Below, piece after piece: positions 19,273-28,449 of a stretch of DNA of 64,000 nt; position 1 is the stretch's first letter; each line of letters starts with the position of its first letter. The stretch lies in assembly GCA_035698525.1 (NCBI GenBank), contig DASSBR010000053.1:22187-86186 (forward strand). The letters run 5' to 3'. This DNA comes from Gammaproteobacteria bacterium. GTDB taxonomy: Bacteria; Pseudomonadota; Gammaproteobacteria; Natronospirales; DASSBR01. The notes beneath the pieces are model-generated. The model saw nothing but the letters and a program-made list of their open reading frames with translations, made no database searches and was not told where the DNA came from. A program made the position numbers and the translations under genes.

Positions 19273-20540
19273 TACAGATACAATTCCGCGGGATCGATGC
19301 CGTAAGCCCCGGATTCGAGGCTGCTGACGATGCGCAGTTCCTCGCCGGAGCGATGCTCGCTTTGCATCAGCAAGTCGATGGATTCAAAAGATTCGAGTCG
19401 CTCCTTGGCCTTGTTCATGATGATCATGATCTTGGGCTGCAACCGGCGCGTACGGTTTTGCGCGATGACGACGCCCACCTCCCCGCTGTTCAGTTCCACC
19501 AGCGTGCCGGTGGGGTAGACGCCCACTGCCTGCACGAACTGGTCGACAATTTCCGCCTGGAATTGACGCCCGCGCATCTGGTGCAGTTTTTCAATCGCCT
19601 GAATCGACGACATCGCGGGCGCCGCCGAATAAGGCTTGATCGTGGCCTGGTACCAATCGACGATGCCGGCCATGCGCGCGAACACCGGAATGTCGGAGCC
19701 ACGCAGGCCGTTCGGATAGCCGCTGCCGTCGAAATGCTCGTGGTGCGCCCACACGCCGGCAATGACCTGCTGGTTGATGTTCGGCGTGTTCTGCAGAATT
19801 TCGACGCTGTAATCGACATGCCGGCGGATCAGCGATTCGTCTTCCGGCGAGAGCGGCGGCGTGCGCGTGATCAGCCCCGGAGGCAACCGGCTCTTGCCGA
19901 TGTCGAACAGCATGCCGATCATCGACAGGTCTTCCAGCACCGAACGTTCGAGGCCCAGCGAGCGGCCGAAGATGATCATCCAGACGGCGCAGTTGATCGC
20001 GTGCTGGTAGACCAGCGACTGGCGCTCGCGCAACTGCGTCAGCCAGGCCATCGCATCCGGGTTGCGCAGGATGCTGTCGATCATCGAGTTGAGTGCCTCG
20101 CGCAACGACGCACTGTCGATGGGATTGCCGGCGCGCGCTGCCTTCATCACGTCGTCGACGACGCTGGCGATGTGCTTGCGCACTTCCTTCGCCACCGGCA
20201 ACTCTTCCTCCATCGGCAGCGCATCCTGGTAGCGTCCATGACGCGGCTTGATGCTGTCGACGGCTGGTGGCGCGCGGAAAGGCGGTGGACTCGACGTCAC
20301 ACGCGACGTGGTTCCCGCCTCGGCTTGCTTCGCCGGGGCCTTTTCCACCGGGGGCGCGCCGAGTTCGATGTCGATGAAGACGTATTGGCAGTGCCGCGAG
20401 AGTTCCTCGATTTCGTCCTCGGAGCGGATGGTGAAACCCTGGAACAGAAACGGCGTATCAAGCCACGGCCGATCCAGCTCCGCGACATACATGCCCGGCT
20501 TGAGATCCTGAACCTTTAGCTTGATCAATGACAGCGGCAT
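19272..20540 (-). CDS. HD-GYP domain c-di-GMP phosphodiesterase with a DUF3391-like N-terminus
   Basis: HHEHFDGSGYPNGL is the HD-GYP signature. The N-terminus LKVQDLKPGMYVAELDRPWLDTPFLFQGF is typical of DUF3391-HD-GYP proteins. Confidence 0.85.
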   Translation of the reverse strand: MPLSLIKLKVQDLKPGMYVAELDRPWLDTPFLFQGFTIRSEDEIEELSRHCQYVFIDIELGAPPVEKAPAKQAEAGTTSRVTSSPPPFRAPPAVDSIKPRHGRYQDALPMEEELPVAKEVRKHIASVVDDVMKAARAGNPIDSASLREALNSMIDSILRNPDAMAWLTQLRERQSLVYQHAINCAVWMIIFGRSLGLERSVLEDLSMIGMLFDIGKSRLPPGLITRTPPLSPEDESLIRRHVDYSVEILQNTPNINQQVIAGVWAHHEHFDGSGYPNGLRGSDIPVFARMAGIVDWYQATIKPYSAAPAMSSIQAIEKLHQMRGRQFQAEIVDQFVQAVGVYPTGTLVELNSGEVGVVIAQNRTRRLQPKIMIIMNKAKERLESFESIDLLMQSEHRSGEELRIVSSLESGAYGIDPAELYL

Positions 20541-20692
20541 AAAACCAGCCTTTTCCCTAATGCTTAAAAGGGCTTATGAAGCATTCTTTTACCAAAATCC
20601 AACCTTTATGGAAAGGTAGTCTTGGAAATATATGCCATAACAGCTTATCGACGCGGGTTTGTTACCTCTTTATATGGCTGAATGGACGGATT

Positions 20693-21385
20693 TCAGGCTC
20701 TGGCGGCACTCCACAGCAGAACGCTCTCGGCACCGGTTGCGCGCAGTGCGCGCGCAACGGCCTCCGCGGTCGCGCCCGTGGTGACGACATCGTCGACGAT
20801 CGCCCAGCGGCGTACCGGTAACGGACCGCGGGCGACAAACGCATCGCGAATGTTGCGCCGGCGCGCATCCGCCGTCAGCGACGATTGCGCCGACGTGTCC
20901 CGGCGGCGTTCGCAGACATGGGTGACCACCGGGACGCCGAGCGCGGCGCCAACGGCGCGCGCAATCTCCGTGGCCTGATTGAAGCCGCGATGGCGCGCCC
21001 GTTTCGGATGCAACGGCACCGGCAGAATGGCTTCCGGCAGCGCGACGTCACGGCGCGCGATCTCTTCCGCAAGCAGTCGTCCCAGTTCGCGCGCGTAGCC
21101 GAGCTTCGCCTGGAACTTCAATCGGACCAGCAGGCGATTGATCGGAAACCGGTAGTGGAACGCGCACAAGGCGGCGTCGAACGGCGGCGGCGTCTGCAGG
21201 CAGCGGCCGCACATCTCCTGGTCATCCTCAAGCGGGATTGCGCAGCGCCGGCACGCATCGGTGTTCCACGGCAGGTCCGCATGGCAGTCGTCGCAGCAGG
21301 ACACCGCGCCGCGCCCGTCGCACGTTCCGCCGCAGAACAGGCAGCGCCGCGGGAATTGTATAAATTTATTCCAGATGTCGACCAT
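20693..21385 (-). CDS. comF: ComF-family phosphoribosyltransferase-like protein
   Basis: N-terminal Cys clusters (CLFCGG...CCDDCHADLPW...CRRC...CGRC) plus a PRTase motif IVDDVVTTGATA at the C-terminus. Confidence 0.75.
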   Translation of the reverse strand: MVDIWNKFIQFPRRCLFCGGTCDGRGAVSCCDDCHADLPWNTDACRRCAIPLEDDQEMCGRCLQTPPPFDAALCAFHYRFPINRLLVRLKFQAKLGYARELGRLLAEEIARRDVALPEAILPVPLHPKRARHRGFNQATEIARAVGAALGVPVVTHVCERRRDTSAQSSLTADARRRNIRDAFVARGPLPVRRWAIVDDVVTTGATAEAVARALRATGAESVLLWSAARA

Positions 21386-21400
21386 CGTCAGGTCTTCAGG

Positions 21401-21428
21401 TTGACAGTCTGCCGCAGCCCGCTACACT
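21401..21428 (+). promoter_or_regulatory. candidate sigma-70 promoter for bioB
   Basis: TTGACA (21401-21406), a 16-nt spacer, then TACACT (21423-21428), 30 nt upstream of the bioB ATG. Confidence 0.4.
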
Positions 21429-21458
21429 TGCCGCTTTCGTCCCGCCCCAGGATCTCCG

Positions 21459-22445
21459 ATGAACGCATTGCCGCAGACTGACAACGATGTCCGCCACGAC
21501 TGGACGATCGTCGAAATCGAGGCGCTGTTCGCGCTGCCGTTCAACGATCTGCTGTTTCGCGCGCAAAGCGTGCACCGCCGCTATTTCGATCCGAACGCGG
21601 TGCAGGTCAGCACGCTGCTGAGCGTCAAGACCGGCGCCTGCCCGGAAGACTGCAAGTATTGCCCCCAGAGCATACGCTACCACACCGGCGTCGAAGCGGA
21701 AGCCCTGATGGATGTCGAGGCGGTTCGGGAGCGCGCGGAGGCTGCAAAGGCCGCGGGCGCAACCCGCTTCTGCATGGGCGCGGCCTACCGTCATCCGAAG
21801 GATCGCGACATCGACAAGATCATCGGCATGGTGAAGGCGGTGAACGATCTCGGCATGGAAAGCTGCGCGACGCTGGGCATGCTGACGTCCGCGCAGGCGA
21901 AGCGCCTCGCCGACGCCGGCCTCGACTACTACAACCACAACCTCGACACATCCGAAGCGCACTACGCCGACATCATCACGACGCGCACCTACCAGGACCG
22001 TCTCGATACCCTCGCCAACGTGCGCGAAGCGGGTATGAGCGTTTGTTGCGGCGGCATCGTCGGCATTGGCGATACGGTCACCGACCGCGCCGCGATGCTG
22101 CACACGCTCGCGACCATGCCGGTGCACCCGGAAAGCGTGCCGATCAACCGGCTGGTCAAGGTCGAAGGCACGCCGATGGCCGACGCGGCCGATGTCGACT
22201 CGTTCGACTTCGTGCGCATGATTGCCGTCGCGCGCATCCTGATGCCCGAATCGCACGTGCGCCTGTCGGCGGGCCGCACCGACATGAACGACGAGCTGCA
22301 GGCGCTGTGTTTCTTTGCCGGCGCGAACTCGATCTTCTACGGCGAAAAGCTGCTGACCACGCCGAACCCGGAATCGAGCGACGACATGCGGTTGTTCGAC
22401 CGTCTGGGGCTGACGCCGGAGTCGCGCTGCGAAGCCGGTGCCTGA
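21459..22445 (+). CDS. bioB: biotin synthase
   Basis: Radical SAM motif [13 protein letters not shown] and YNHNLDTS. 328 aa. First gene of the bio operon. Confidence 0.95.
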   Translation: MNALPQTDNDVRHDWTIVEIEALFALPFNDLLFRAQSVHRRYFDPNAVQVSTLLSVKTGACPEDCKYCPQSIRYHTGVEAEALMDVEAVRERAEAAKAAGATRFCMGAAYRHPKDRDIDKIIGMVKAVNDLGMESCATLGMLTSAQAKRLADAGLDYYNHNLDTSEAHYADIITTRTYQDRLDTLANVREAGMSVCCGGIVGIGDTVTDRAAMLHTLATMPVHPESVPINRLVKVEGTPMADAADVDSFDFVRMIAVARILMPESHVRLSAGRTDMNDELQALCFFAGANSIFYGEKLLTTPNPESSDDMRLFDRLGLTPESRCEAGA

Positions 22446-23616
22446 TTACAGCGCGACCCGCGCGACACTCGAAGCGCCGCTCAATGCAGCGCTGGCGGGT
22501 CGCCGGGAAGAAAATCTCTACCGCATGCGGCGCATCGCCGACGGCGCGCAAACCATTCGCCGCCGCATCGACGGTCGCGAATACCTGAGCTTCTGCAGCA
22601 ACGACTATTTAGGTCTCGCCGCCGAACCGGCGCTGGCCGAGGCCTTCAAGGCCGGGGTGGAACGCTACGGCGTCGGCAGCGGCGCGGCGCACCTGGTCAA
22701 CGGCCACACGCGCGCGCACCACGAACTTGAGGAAGCATTGGCCGATTTCGTCGGCCGCCCGCGCGCGCTCACATTCTCGACCGGCTACATGGCCAACCTC
22801 GCCGTGACCGGCGCACTGGCCGGACGCGGCGACGCCGTCTTCGCCGACCGGCTCAATCACGCATCGCTGCTCGACGCCGCGCTGCTCAGCGGCGCGCGCC
22901 TCACGCGCTACGCGCATTGCGACCCGGCTGCGCTTGAGGCGAGGTTGAAGGCGTCGGAAGCGCCGACGCGGCTGGTGGCGACCGACGCCGTCTTCAGCAT
23001 GGACGGTGACAGCGCGCCGCTCGCTGATCTTGCGGGAGTCGCCGCCGCGCATCAGGCCTGGCTGATCGCCGACGACGCACACGGCATCGGCGTGCTCGGC
23101 CCGCGGGGACGCGGCAGCATCGCCGCCGCCGGCCTGGGTCTCGACGAAGTGCCGGTGGTTATGGGCACACTTGGCAAAGCCTTCGGCACATTCGGCGCCT
23201 TCGTCGCCGGCAGCGAGACGCTGATCGAAACCTTGATTCAACAGGCGCGGCCCTACATCTATACGACAGCGCCACCGGCCGCATTGGCCGTCGCGACGCT
23301 GAAGGCGCTCGACATCGTGCGCACGGCGGACGACCGCCGTGACAAACTGGCGAACTTGATCGCGCGTTTTCGCGCCGGCGCAGCGGAACTGGATTTGAAG
23401 CTGATGCCATCGGCAACGCCGATTCAGCCGATTGTGCTGGGAGAGGCCGAGCGAGCGCTTGCGGCGAGCGCCGCCCTCGAAGCGGCGGGACTTTTGGTGA
23501 CGGCAATCCGCCCGCCGACAGTTCCGAAGGGAAGCGCACGGCTGCGAATAACTTTGTCGGCGGCACACACTGAGGAAGATGTCGATCGCTTACTTGATGC
23601 GCTAACGACGCTTTGA
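22438..23616 (+). CDS. bioF: 8-amino-7-oxononanoate synthase
   Basis: 392-aa PLP enzyme with [20 protein letters not shown], and TLGKAFG (Lys). The GTG start overlaps the end of bioB. Confidence 0.9.
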   Translation: MPDYSATRATLEAPLNAALAGRREENLYRMRRIADGAQTIRRRIDGREYLSFCSNDYLGLAAEPALAEAFKAGVERYGVGSGAAHLVNGHTRAHHELEEALADFVGRPRALTFSTGYMANLAVTGALAGRGDAVFADRLNHASLLDAALLSGARLTRYAHCDPAALEARLKASEAPTRLVATDAVFSMDGDSAPLADLAGVAAAHQAWLIADDAHGIGVLGPRGRGSIAAAGLGLDEVPVVMGTLGKAFGTFGAFVAGSETLIETLIQQARPYIYTTAPPAALAVATLKALDIVRTADDRRDKLANLIARFRAGAAELDLKLMPSATPIQPIVLGEAERALAASAALEAAGLLVTAIRPPTVPKGSARLRITLSAAHTEEDVDRLLDALTTL

Positions 23617-23644
23617 ATGGAGCGGAGTTCTTCTTCCAGCTCTT

Positions 23645-23828
23645 AGCCGGCCACGAAGGCCGGCTTCTTGTCCCGCGACATGGAGCGCAGCCCGATCTTC
23701 GGGAAGTCCAAAGTGCAGGATGCACTTTGGACCAAGCGGTAGGAGCAATGGCTTTGGTTACTTTCCCCGAAAGGAAAGTGACTCGGCCGCCGGCCGAAAT
23801 CCGGCCCCAATTAACCCGCCGAAGGCGG
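23645..23828 (+). repeat. cluster of five stem-loops in the bioF-bioH spacer (REP/BIME-like element or structured RNA)
   Basis: Stems read directly from the sequence. 23645-23665 is 8 bp. 23706-23732 is a perfect 12 bp with a GGA loop. 23757-23782 is 10 bp with 1 mismatch. 23792-23806 and 23816-23828 are 5 bp each. Confidence 0.5.
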
Positions 23829-23853
23829 AACAAAATCGTCTTAAGCAACAGCA

Positions 23854-24603
23854 ATGAAATTGCATACCACGACAACTGGATCGGGCTCACCACTAGTCCT
23901 CCTTCACGGCTGGGGCCTCCACGCCGGCGTCTGGAACGAAACCATCCCGACGCTTGCTCAGCACCACCGCTGCATCGCGATCGATCTGCCAGGTCACGGC
24001 GAAAGCCCGGTCATAGAAGACGACGTCCATGCATGGGCCGAAGCCTGCCGCGCAGTAGCCCCCAAAGGCGCCGTTTGGCTCGGCTGGTCGCTCGGCGGCA
24101 TGGTTGCTCTGGCTGCTGCTTTGCAGTTTCGTGGGGAGATCGCCGCGCTGCGGCTCGTCTCGACAACGCCACGCTTCGTCACCGCTCCCGACTGGCCACA
24201 CGCGATGGCGCCGGAGACTCTCGCAAAGTTCGCGGCCGAACTGAAGTCGGACTGGCGCGGCACCGTCGAGGATTTCCTGGTACTGCAAACGCTCGGCGCC
24301 GCGACAGGCAGGGCTGCCCTGCGAACCTTGCGCCATGAAGTCTTCGCGCGCGGCACGCCCGATCCCGCCGGACTCGCGGCGGGGTTGCGTATCCTCGAAA
24401 ATATAGACTTGCGGTCGCGGCTCTCCGAGATCGACATCCCTGTAAAGGTGATGAGCGGCGAACGCGATCGTCTCACGCCGCCGGCCGCGGGCCGGGCCTT
24501 GGCCGACACCTTGAACGGCGAGTTCAAATCGGTACCGCGCGCCGCGCACGCGCCGTTTCTTTCCGAGCCGGCCCTGTTTGCCGATTGGGTCTTGAACAGC
24601 TAA
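23854..24603 (+). CDS. bioH: pimeloyl-ACP methyl ester carboxylesterase
   Basis: Alpha/beta hydrolase with LVLLHGWG and GWSLGG, located between bioF and bioC. Confidence 0.8.
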   Translation: MKLHTTTTGSGSPLVLLHGWGLHAGVWNETIPTLAQHHRCIAIDLPGHGESPVIEDDVHAWAEACRAVAPKGAVWLGWSLGGMVALAAALQFRGEIAALRLVSTTPRFVTAPDWPHAMAPETLAKFAAELKSDWRGTVEDFLVLQTLGAATGRAALRTLRHEVFARGTPDPAGLAAGLRILENIDLRSRLSEIDIPVKVMSGERDRLTPPAAGRALADTLNGEFKSVPRAAHAPFLSEPALFADWVLNS

Positions 24604-25478
24604 TGAACATCGACGACGAATTCCAACTCGACCGCCGCGCGATGCGCCAATCGTTCGACCGCGCCGCGACAAGCTACGACGCTGTAGCCGTGTTGCAGCG
24701 CGAAGTGCAATCGCGCCTGATCGAAAGGCTCGACTTCACCACGCTCAAGCCGACGGCGATTCTCGATGCCGGCGCGGGCACCGGAACGGGCGCGCGCGAG
24801 CTTGCCTCACGTTATCCCGATGCGCGTCTCGTGAAAGTGGACATTGCCGAACGCATGCTGAGAGCAGACGCCACGGGCGCCGTTTGCGGCGATATCGAAA
24901 CGCTGCCGTTCGCCGACTCCCAATTCGATCTCGTCTGGTCCAATCTCGCGGTGCAGTGGCTCGCCGATCCGGATCGCGGCTTCGGCGAGTTGCGGCGCGT
25001 GTTGAACGACCGCGGCTTGCTGCTGTTCAGCACGTTTGGCCCCGACACACTGAAGGAATTACGCGCGGCCTGGTCGGACGTGGACGGCTTCAATCACGTC
25101 AACCGGTTCCTCGACATGCACGACCTCGGCGACGCACTGGTGCGCGCCGGCTTTGCCGAGCCGGTGATGGATACCGAACAGTTGACGCTGACTTACGAAG
25201 ATCTCGGCGGCCTGTTGCGGGACCTGAAGGGTCTCGGCGCGCACAACGTCACCGCCGGCCGCCCGCGCGGGCTGACGGGCAGGGCGCGGCTCAAAAAGCT
25301 GGAAAGCACCTATGAGCAATGGCGTCGCGATGAGCGTCTGCCGGCGACGTGGGAAGTCGTCTATGGCACCGCGTGGGCGCCGATGACATTCGAACGCGCG
25401 GTGCTCGCCCATCAGGGATCCATCGCGCCGGGAGACTTGCGCGAGTTGTTGCAGAGAGAGCGGCATGGCAAACGGTAA
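24603..25478 (+). CDS. bioC: malonyl-ACP O-methyltransferase
   Basis: ATG at 24603 overlaps the bioH stop (TAATG). SAM-binding motif ILDAGAGTG, and FDLVWSNLAVQW. Confidence 0.85.
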   Translation: MNIDDEFQLDRRAMRQSFDRAATSYDAVAVLQREVQSRLIERLDFTTLKPTAILDAGAGTGTGARELASRYPDARLVKVDIAERMLRADATGAVCGDIETLPFADSQFDLVWSNLAVQWLADPDRGFGELRRVLNDRGLLLFSTFGPDTLKELRAAWSDVDGFNHVNRFLDMHDLGDALVRAGFAEPVMDTEQLTLTYEDLGGLLRDLKGLGAHNVTAGRPRGLTGRARLKKLESTYEQWRRDERLPATWEVVYGTAWAPMTFERAVLAHQGSIAPGDLRELLQRERHGKR

Positions 25479-26148
25479 AGGTTTCTTCATCACCGGCACC
25501 GATACCGAAATCGGCAAGACGGTTGCCTCGGCAGCGCTGATCCGCGCGCACAATCGTCGCGGCATCAAAACGGTGGGCATGAAACCCGTCGCCAGCGGCT
25601 GCGAGACGACTGACGCCGGCTTGCGCAACGACGACGCGATGCGCCTGATAGAAGCATCGGCGACGGACTGTCCTTACGAGGACGTCAATCCTTACGCGTT
25701 CTCACCGCCGATCGCGCCGCACATCGCCGCGGCGGAGGCGGGCATCGATATTCGTTTCGATCGGATTCTCGAATGCTTTGGGCGCCTGTCGGCGCGCGCC
25801 GATTGCGTTGTTGTTGAAGGCGTCGGGGGCTGGACCGTGCCGCTGAATGCGAAACAGTCCGTCGCCGATCTGGCCGTTGCCCTCGGTCTGCCGGTCGTGC
25901 TGGTGGTCGGCATGCGGCTGGGTTGCCTGAATCACGCCCTGTTGACGGCCGAGTCGATGCAACGCGCCGGCGTTCAATGTGCCGGCTGGGTGGCGAATGA
26001 CCTGGACAGCTCGATGGCGCGGCTGGAACAAAATGTCGCCACGCTCAAGCGGATGATGCCGTTCCCGATGATCGCGCGGCTGCCGGTCATGAGCGATCCG
26101 GCAGCCGCGCCGATCGAGTTCGATTTGCGCTTTACCGAATCGTCGTAA
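25465..26148 (+). CDS. bioD: dethiobiotin synthetase
   Basis: GFFITGTDTEIGKTVASAAL P-loop and VVEGVGGW. Last gene of bioBFHCD. Confidence 0.9.
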   Translation: MANGKGFFITGTDTEIGKTVASAALIRAHNRRGIKTVGMKPVASGCETTDAGLRNDDAMRLIEASATDCPYEDVNPYAFSPPIAPHIAAAEAGIDIRFDRILECFGRLSARADCVVVEGVGGWTVPLNAKQSVADLAVALGLPVVLVVGMRLGCLNHALLTAESMQRAGVQCAGWVANDLDSSMARLEQNVATLKRMMPFPMIARLPVMSDPAAAPIEFDLRFTESS

Positions 26149-27526
26149 AGAACACGATCTGGCCACGGCGCACCGTGAGCAGCAGCGTGCCCTGGTACTG
26201 CGACAAGGCGTTGCGGAACTGCGCCAGGTTCTTGATCGGGTGGCGGTTGACCGCGACGATCACGTCACCGGGACGCAGTCCGGCTTCGGCGGCCTCGCCA
26301 TCCGGCTTGACGGACACGACCAGCGCACCATGCACCTCGCCGAACAACGGCGAGTCCTTGGTGATGTCACTGAAACCCGCGCCCAGCTCTTCGTTCTTCG
26401 TTCCGCCGGTCGCGCTGTTGGCGCTGTTCTGATTGCCTAGCGTTGCCTTGACTTCCATCGTCTTGCCGTTGCGCACAAGCTTGATATTGACGGACGTGCC
26501 GGGTCGCTTCAGGCCGATGACATTGCTCAACTCGTCGGGCCCGCTCACTTCATCGCCATTCACGGCGACAATCGCATCACCCTGCTTGATGCCCGCCTTG
26601 TCGGCAGCCGAGCCCTGCACGACGTGCGTGACCAGTGCGCCCTGGTCGCTCGGCAGCCCCAGCGCCTTCGCGATCTCCGGCGTCAACTTCTGGATATTCA
26701 CCCCAAGCATGCCGTGCTCCACCTTGCCGTACTTGATGAGCTGGTGCATGACGTTCTTGGCCATATTGATCGGAATCGCGAAGCCGATGCCGATATTGCC
26801 GCCGGTGCGTGAAAAAATCGCCGAGTTGATGCCGACGAGTTCGCCGCGCAGGTTCACCAGCGCGCCGCCCGAGTTGCCGTGGTTGATCGCGGCGTCGGTC
26901 TGAATGTAATTCTGATAGGGTGAGCTTTGGGCGGTGTGTTCTTCGATCTGCCGGCCCAGGCCGCTGACGATGCCGTACGTCGCCGTGTGCGACAGCCCGA
27001 ACGGGTTGCCGATCGCGACCACGTAATCGCCGACGCGAAGTTGCGCGGAATCGCCGAGGGTAATGGCATGAAGACCGTCAGCCTTGATCTGCACCACCGC
27101 GAGGTCGGTCTGTTTATCCTTGCCGACAACCTTCGCCTCGAACTTGCGGCCGTCGTTCAGGATCACCGTAATCTTGTCAGCGTTTTCGATGACGTGGTTG
27201 TTGGTCAGGATGTAGCCCTTGTCGGCATCAACGATGACACCCGACCCGAGCGCCTCAAAATGACGGATGCGCGGCGGCATCTGTCCGCCAAAGAAGTGGC
27301 GGAAGAAGGGATCGTTCATGAGCGGCCCCATCGGTTGCTGCCGCACCTTCACATGCCCTCGCGTCGAAATATTGACGACGCTCTGGGTGACCTGGCTGAT
27401 CATCGGCGCCAGGCTCGGCATCGCTTTCGTGCCAAGCATCGGAGGCGCCTCGGCTTGCGCCGACAGGGGGATCAGGAGGGCGAAGGCGGCGGCCGCGAAT
27501 ACGGCCGTGAACGCTGGTTTCTTCAT
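26132..27526 (-). CDS. degP: periplasmic serine endoprotease, DegP/DegQ (HtrA) family, two PDZ domains
   Basis: Signal peptide MKKPAFTAVFAAAAFALLIPLSAQA. Catalytic blocks TNNHV, DLAVV, GNSGGALV. Two PDZ-like segments. ATG 27526 is chosen over the track start at 27574. Confidence 0.9.
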   Translation of the reverse strand: MKKPAFTAVFAAAAFALLIPLSAQAEAPPMLGTKAMPSLAPMISQVTQSVVNISTRGHVKVRQQPMGPLMNDPFFRHFFGGQMPPRIRHFEALGSGVIVDADKGYILTNNHVIENADKITVILNDGRKFEAKVVGKDKQTDLAVVQIKADGLHAITLGDSAQLRVGDYVVAIGNPFGLSHTATYGIVSGLGRQIEEHTAQSSPYQNYIQTDAAINHGNSGGALVNLRGELVGINSAIFSRTGGNIGIGFAIPINMAKNVMHQLIKYGKVEHGMLGVNIQKLTPEIAKALGLPSDQGALVTHVVQGSAADKAGIKQGDAIVAVNGDEVSGPDELSNVIGLKRPGTSVNIKLVRNGKTMEVKATLGNQNSANSATGGTKNEELGAGFSDITKDSPLFGEVHGALVVSVKPDGEAAEAGLRPGDVIVAVNRHPIKNLAQFRNALSQYQGTLLLTVRRGQIVFFTTIR

Positions 27527-27553
27527 GTTGTGGCCTCGTTTGGCAGAGGTGGG

Positions 27554-27611
27554 AAAAGAAAAACCGCCACGCATCGCCCTCGGGCTTCAGCCCGAAGGGA
27601 TGACGTGGCGG
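27554..27611 (-). terminator. rho-independent terminator downstream of hsp20
   Basis: On the minus strand: CCGCCACG...(inner 9-bp stem CCCTTCGGGC/GCCCGAGGG)...CGTGGCGG followed by TTTTTCTTTT. Confidence 0.7.
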
Positions 27612-27657
27612 TCATGTTCAGGGACAGCCGCCGAAAGCGGAAGTTCCCGATTGCGGA

Positions 27658-28107
27658 CTAATGCTCAACATTGATCTTCCGCGGCTGCGTCTTCGCATGC
27701 TTCGGAATCGTGATCTCCAGTACGCCATTGTTGCCGCGAGCCGAAATGCCTTCCGAGTCGGCCGTATCCGGCAGCGTGAAGCGGCGATAGAACTGGCCGC
27801 TGATGCGCTCGACACGGTGATAACCGTCCGACTCGCGCGTCTCTTCCGAGCGCCGTTCGCCGCGGATCGTCAGCATCCCGTTCTCCATCGTCACTTCGAT
27901 GTCCTTGGGATCGACCCCGGGCAAGTCCGCCTTCAGGATGAAGCTGTCCTGCTGCTCCCTGATGTCCACCGCCGGAACCCAGTCGGTCGTGACGACGCTG
28001 TCGTCGTCGCTGTAGTTGTAGCGGCCGAGCCGATGATCGAACATCCGGTTGATTTCGGAATGGAGCTGATTCATCAGGCTCCACGGTTCGTAAGTCGTGA
28101 GTGCCAT
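27658..28107 (-). CDS. ibpA: small heat-shock protein (Hsp20/IbpA family)
   Basis: ATG 28107 follows AGGAGG. Alpha-crystallin core WVPAVDIREQQDSFILKADLPGVDPKDIEVTMENGMLTIRGER...GVLEITIPK. Confidence 0.9.
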   Translation of the reverse strand: MALTTYEPWSLMNQLHSEINRMFDHRLGRYNYSDDDSVVTTDWVPAVDIREQQDSFILKADLPGVDPKDIEVTMENGMLTIRGERRSEETRESDGYHRVERISGQFYRRFTLPDTADSEGISARGNNGVLEITIPKHAKTQPRKINVEH

Positions 28108-28146
28108 GGTAAAACCTCCTTTCGAGTGAATGGGACTATGGCCGGT

Positions 28147-28174
28147 ATCTATGGGCGCCGGCATGGGTTTCAAG
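28147..28174 (-). promoter_or_regulatory. candidate sigma-32 (heat-shock) promoter for hsp20
   Basis: The minus strand reads CTTGAAA-cccatgccggcg-CCCATAGAT, compared with the consensus CTTGAAA-N(11-16)-CCCCATnT. It lies about 40 nt upstream of the hsp20 ATG. Confidence 0.5.
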
Positions 28175-28206
28175 TCCTTTTTGCGGTTTTGCAGGGCTTG
28201 TCGGGG

Positions 28207-28222
28207 CCACTAGATATAGTGT
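28207..28222. promoter_or_regulatory. NrdR-box-like 16-bp palindrome
   Basis: CCACTAGATATAGTGT against the remembered NrdR-box consensus acaCwAtATaTwGtgt. It sits about 90 nt upstream of the nrdJ -35, and no convincing tandem partner was found. Confidence 0.35.
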
Positions 28223-28311
28223 TTATTTATGTGCGGCGAATTTGCGGCCGCGAGGGAGCATTATTAAATAAGTATTTGAAATACAAGTAAAAAATAGTGT
28301 GGCTAAAGCGC

Positions 28312-28340
28312 TTGACAGCATCTCCCGTCAGGCCTATGCT
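28312..28340 (+). promoter_or_regulatory. candidate sigma-70 promoter for nrdJa
   Basis: TTGACA (28312-28317), a 17-nt spacer, then TATGCT (28335-28340). This predicts a 5' UTR of about 100 nt before ATG 28450. Confidence 0.5.
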
Positions 28341-28449
28341 TTGGGCTCAGCCTACAAGATGTTGTGTCTTTATATCCACAACTTCTCCACAGCTTGTACA
28401 CGATATTTACGACCGAAAGAAGTCAAAAATCCGGAGGGCGGGTCATAGT

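Noticed and set aside
17914-20519. Plus-strand ORFs 17914-19305 and 19353-20519
   Set aside because: They are antisense to the EAL and HD-GYP genes, whose signatures are explicit. Their own products are Arg/Ala/Asp-rich with no motifs.
23613-24338. 241-aa plus-strand ORF starting in the bioF-bioH spacer
   Set aside because: It is out of frame with, and overlapping, the well-supported bioH. The product is Arg-rich. The spacer part is better explained by stem-loops.
27618-27647. Sigma-E-type promoter for degP (GGAACTT-N16-TCCCTGA on the minus strand)
   Set aside because: The -10 matches the TCTGA/TCAAA consensus poorly, and the implied start site would fall at the 5' arm of the hsp20 terminator hairpin. 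It is kept only as a remark in the findings.
28285-28366. Additional NrdR boxes (AAGTAAAAAATAGTGT at 28285-28300; CTACAAGATGTTGTGT at 28351-28366)
   Set aside because: Each matches only about 11 of 16 consensus positions, mostly in one half-site. The centre-to-centre spacings (about 66 and 78 nt) are not the canonical distance of about 31-32 nt.
28297-28449. Upstream extension of the nrdJa ORF (GTG at 28297)
   Set aside because: It starts upstream of the predicted -35/-10 promoter (28312-28340). The encoded 51 aa are not RNR-like. ATG 28450 has a GGAGGG RBS.
28341-28449. Cobalamin riboswitch in the nrdJ 5' UTR
   Set aside because: The UTR is only about 100 nt, too short for the riboswitch, and no B12-box-like element was seen. 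B12 riboswitches usually control B12-independent RNR classes, not nrdJ.
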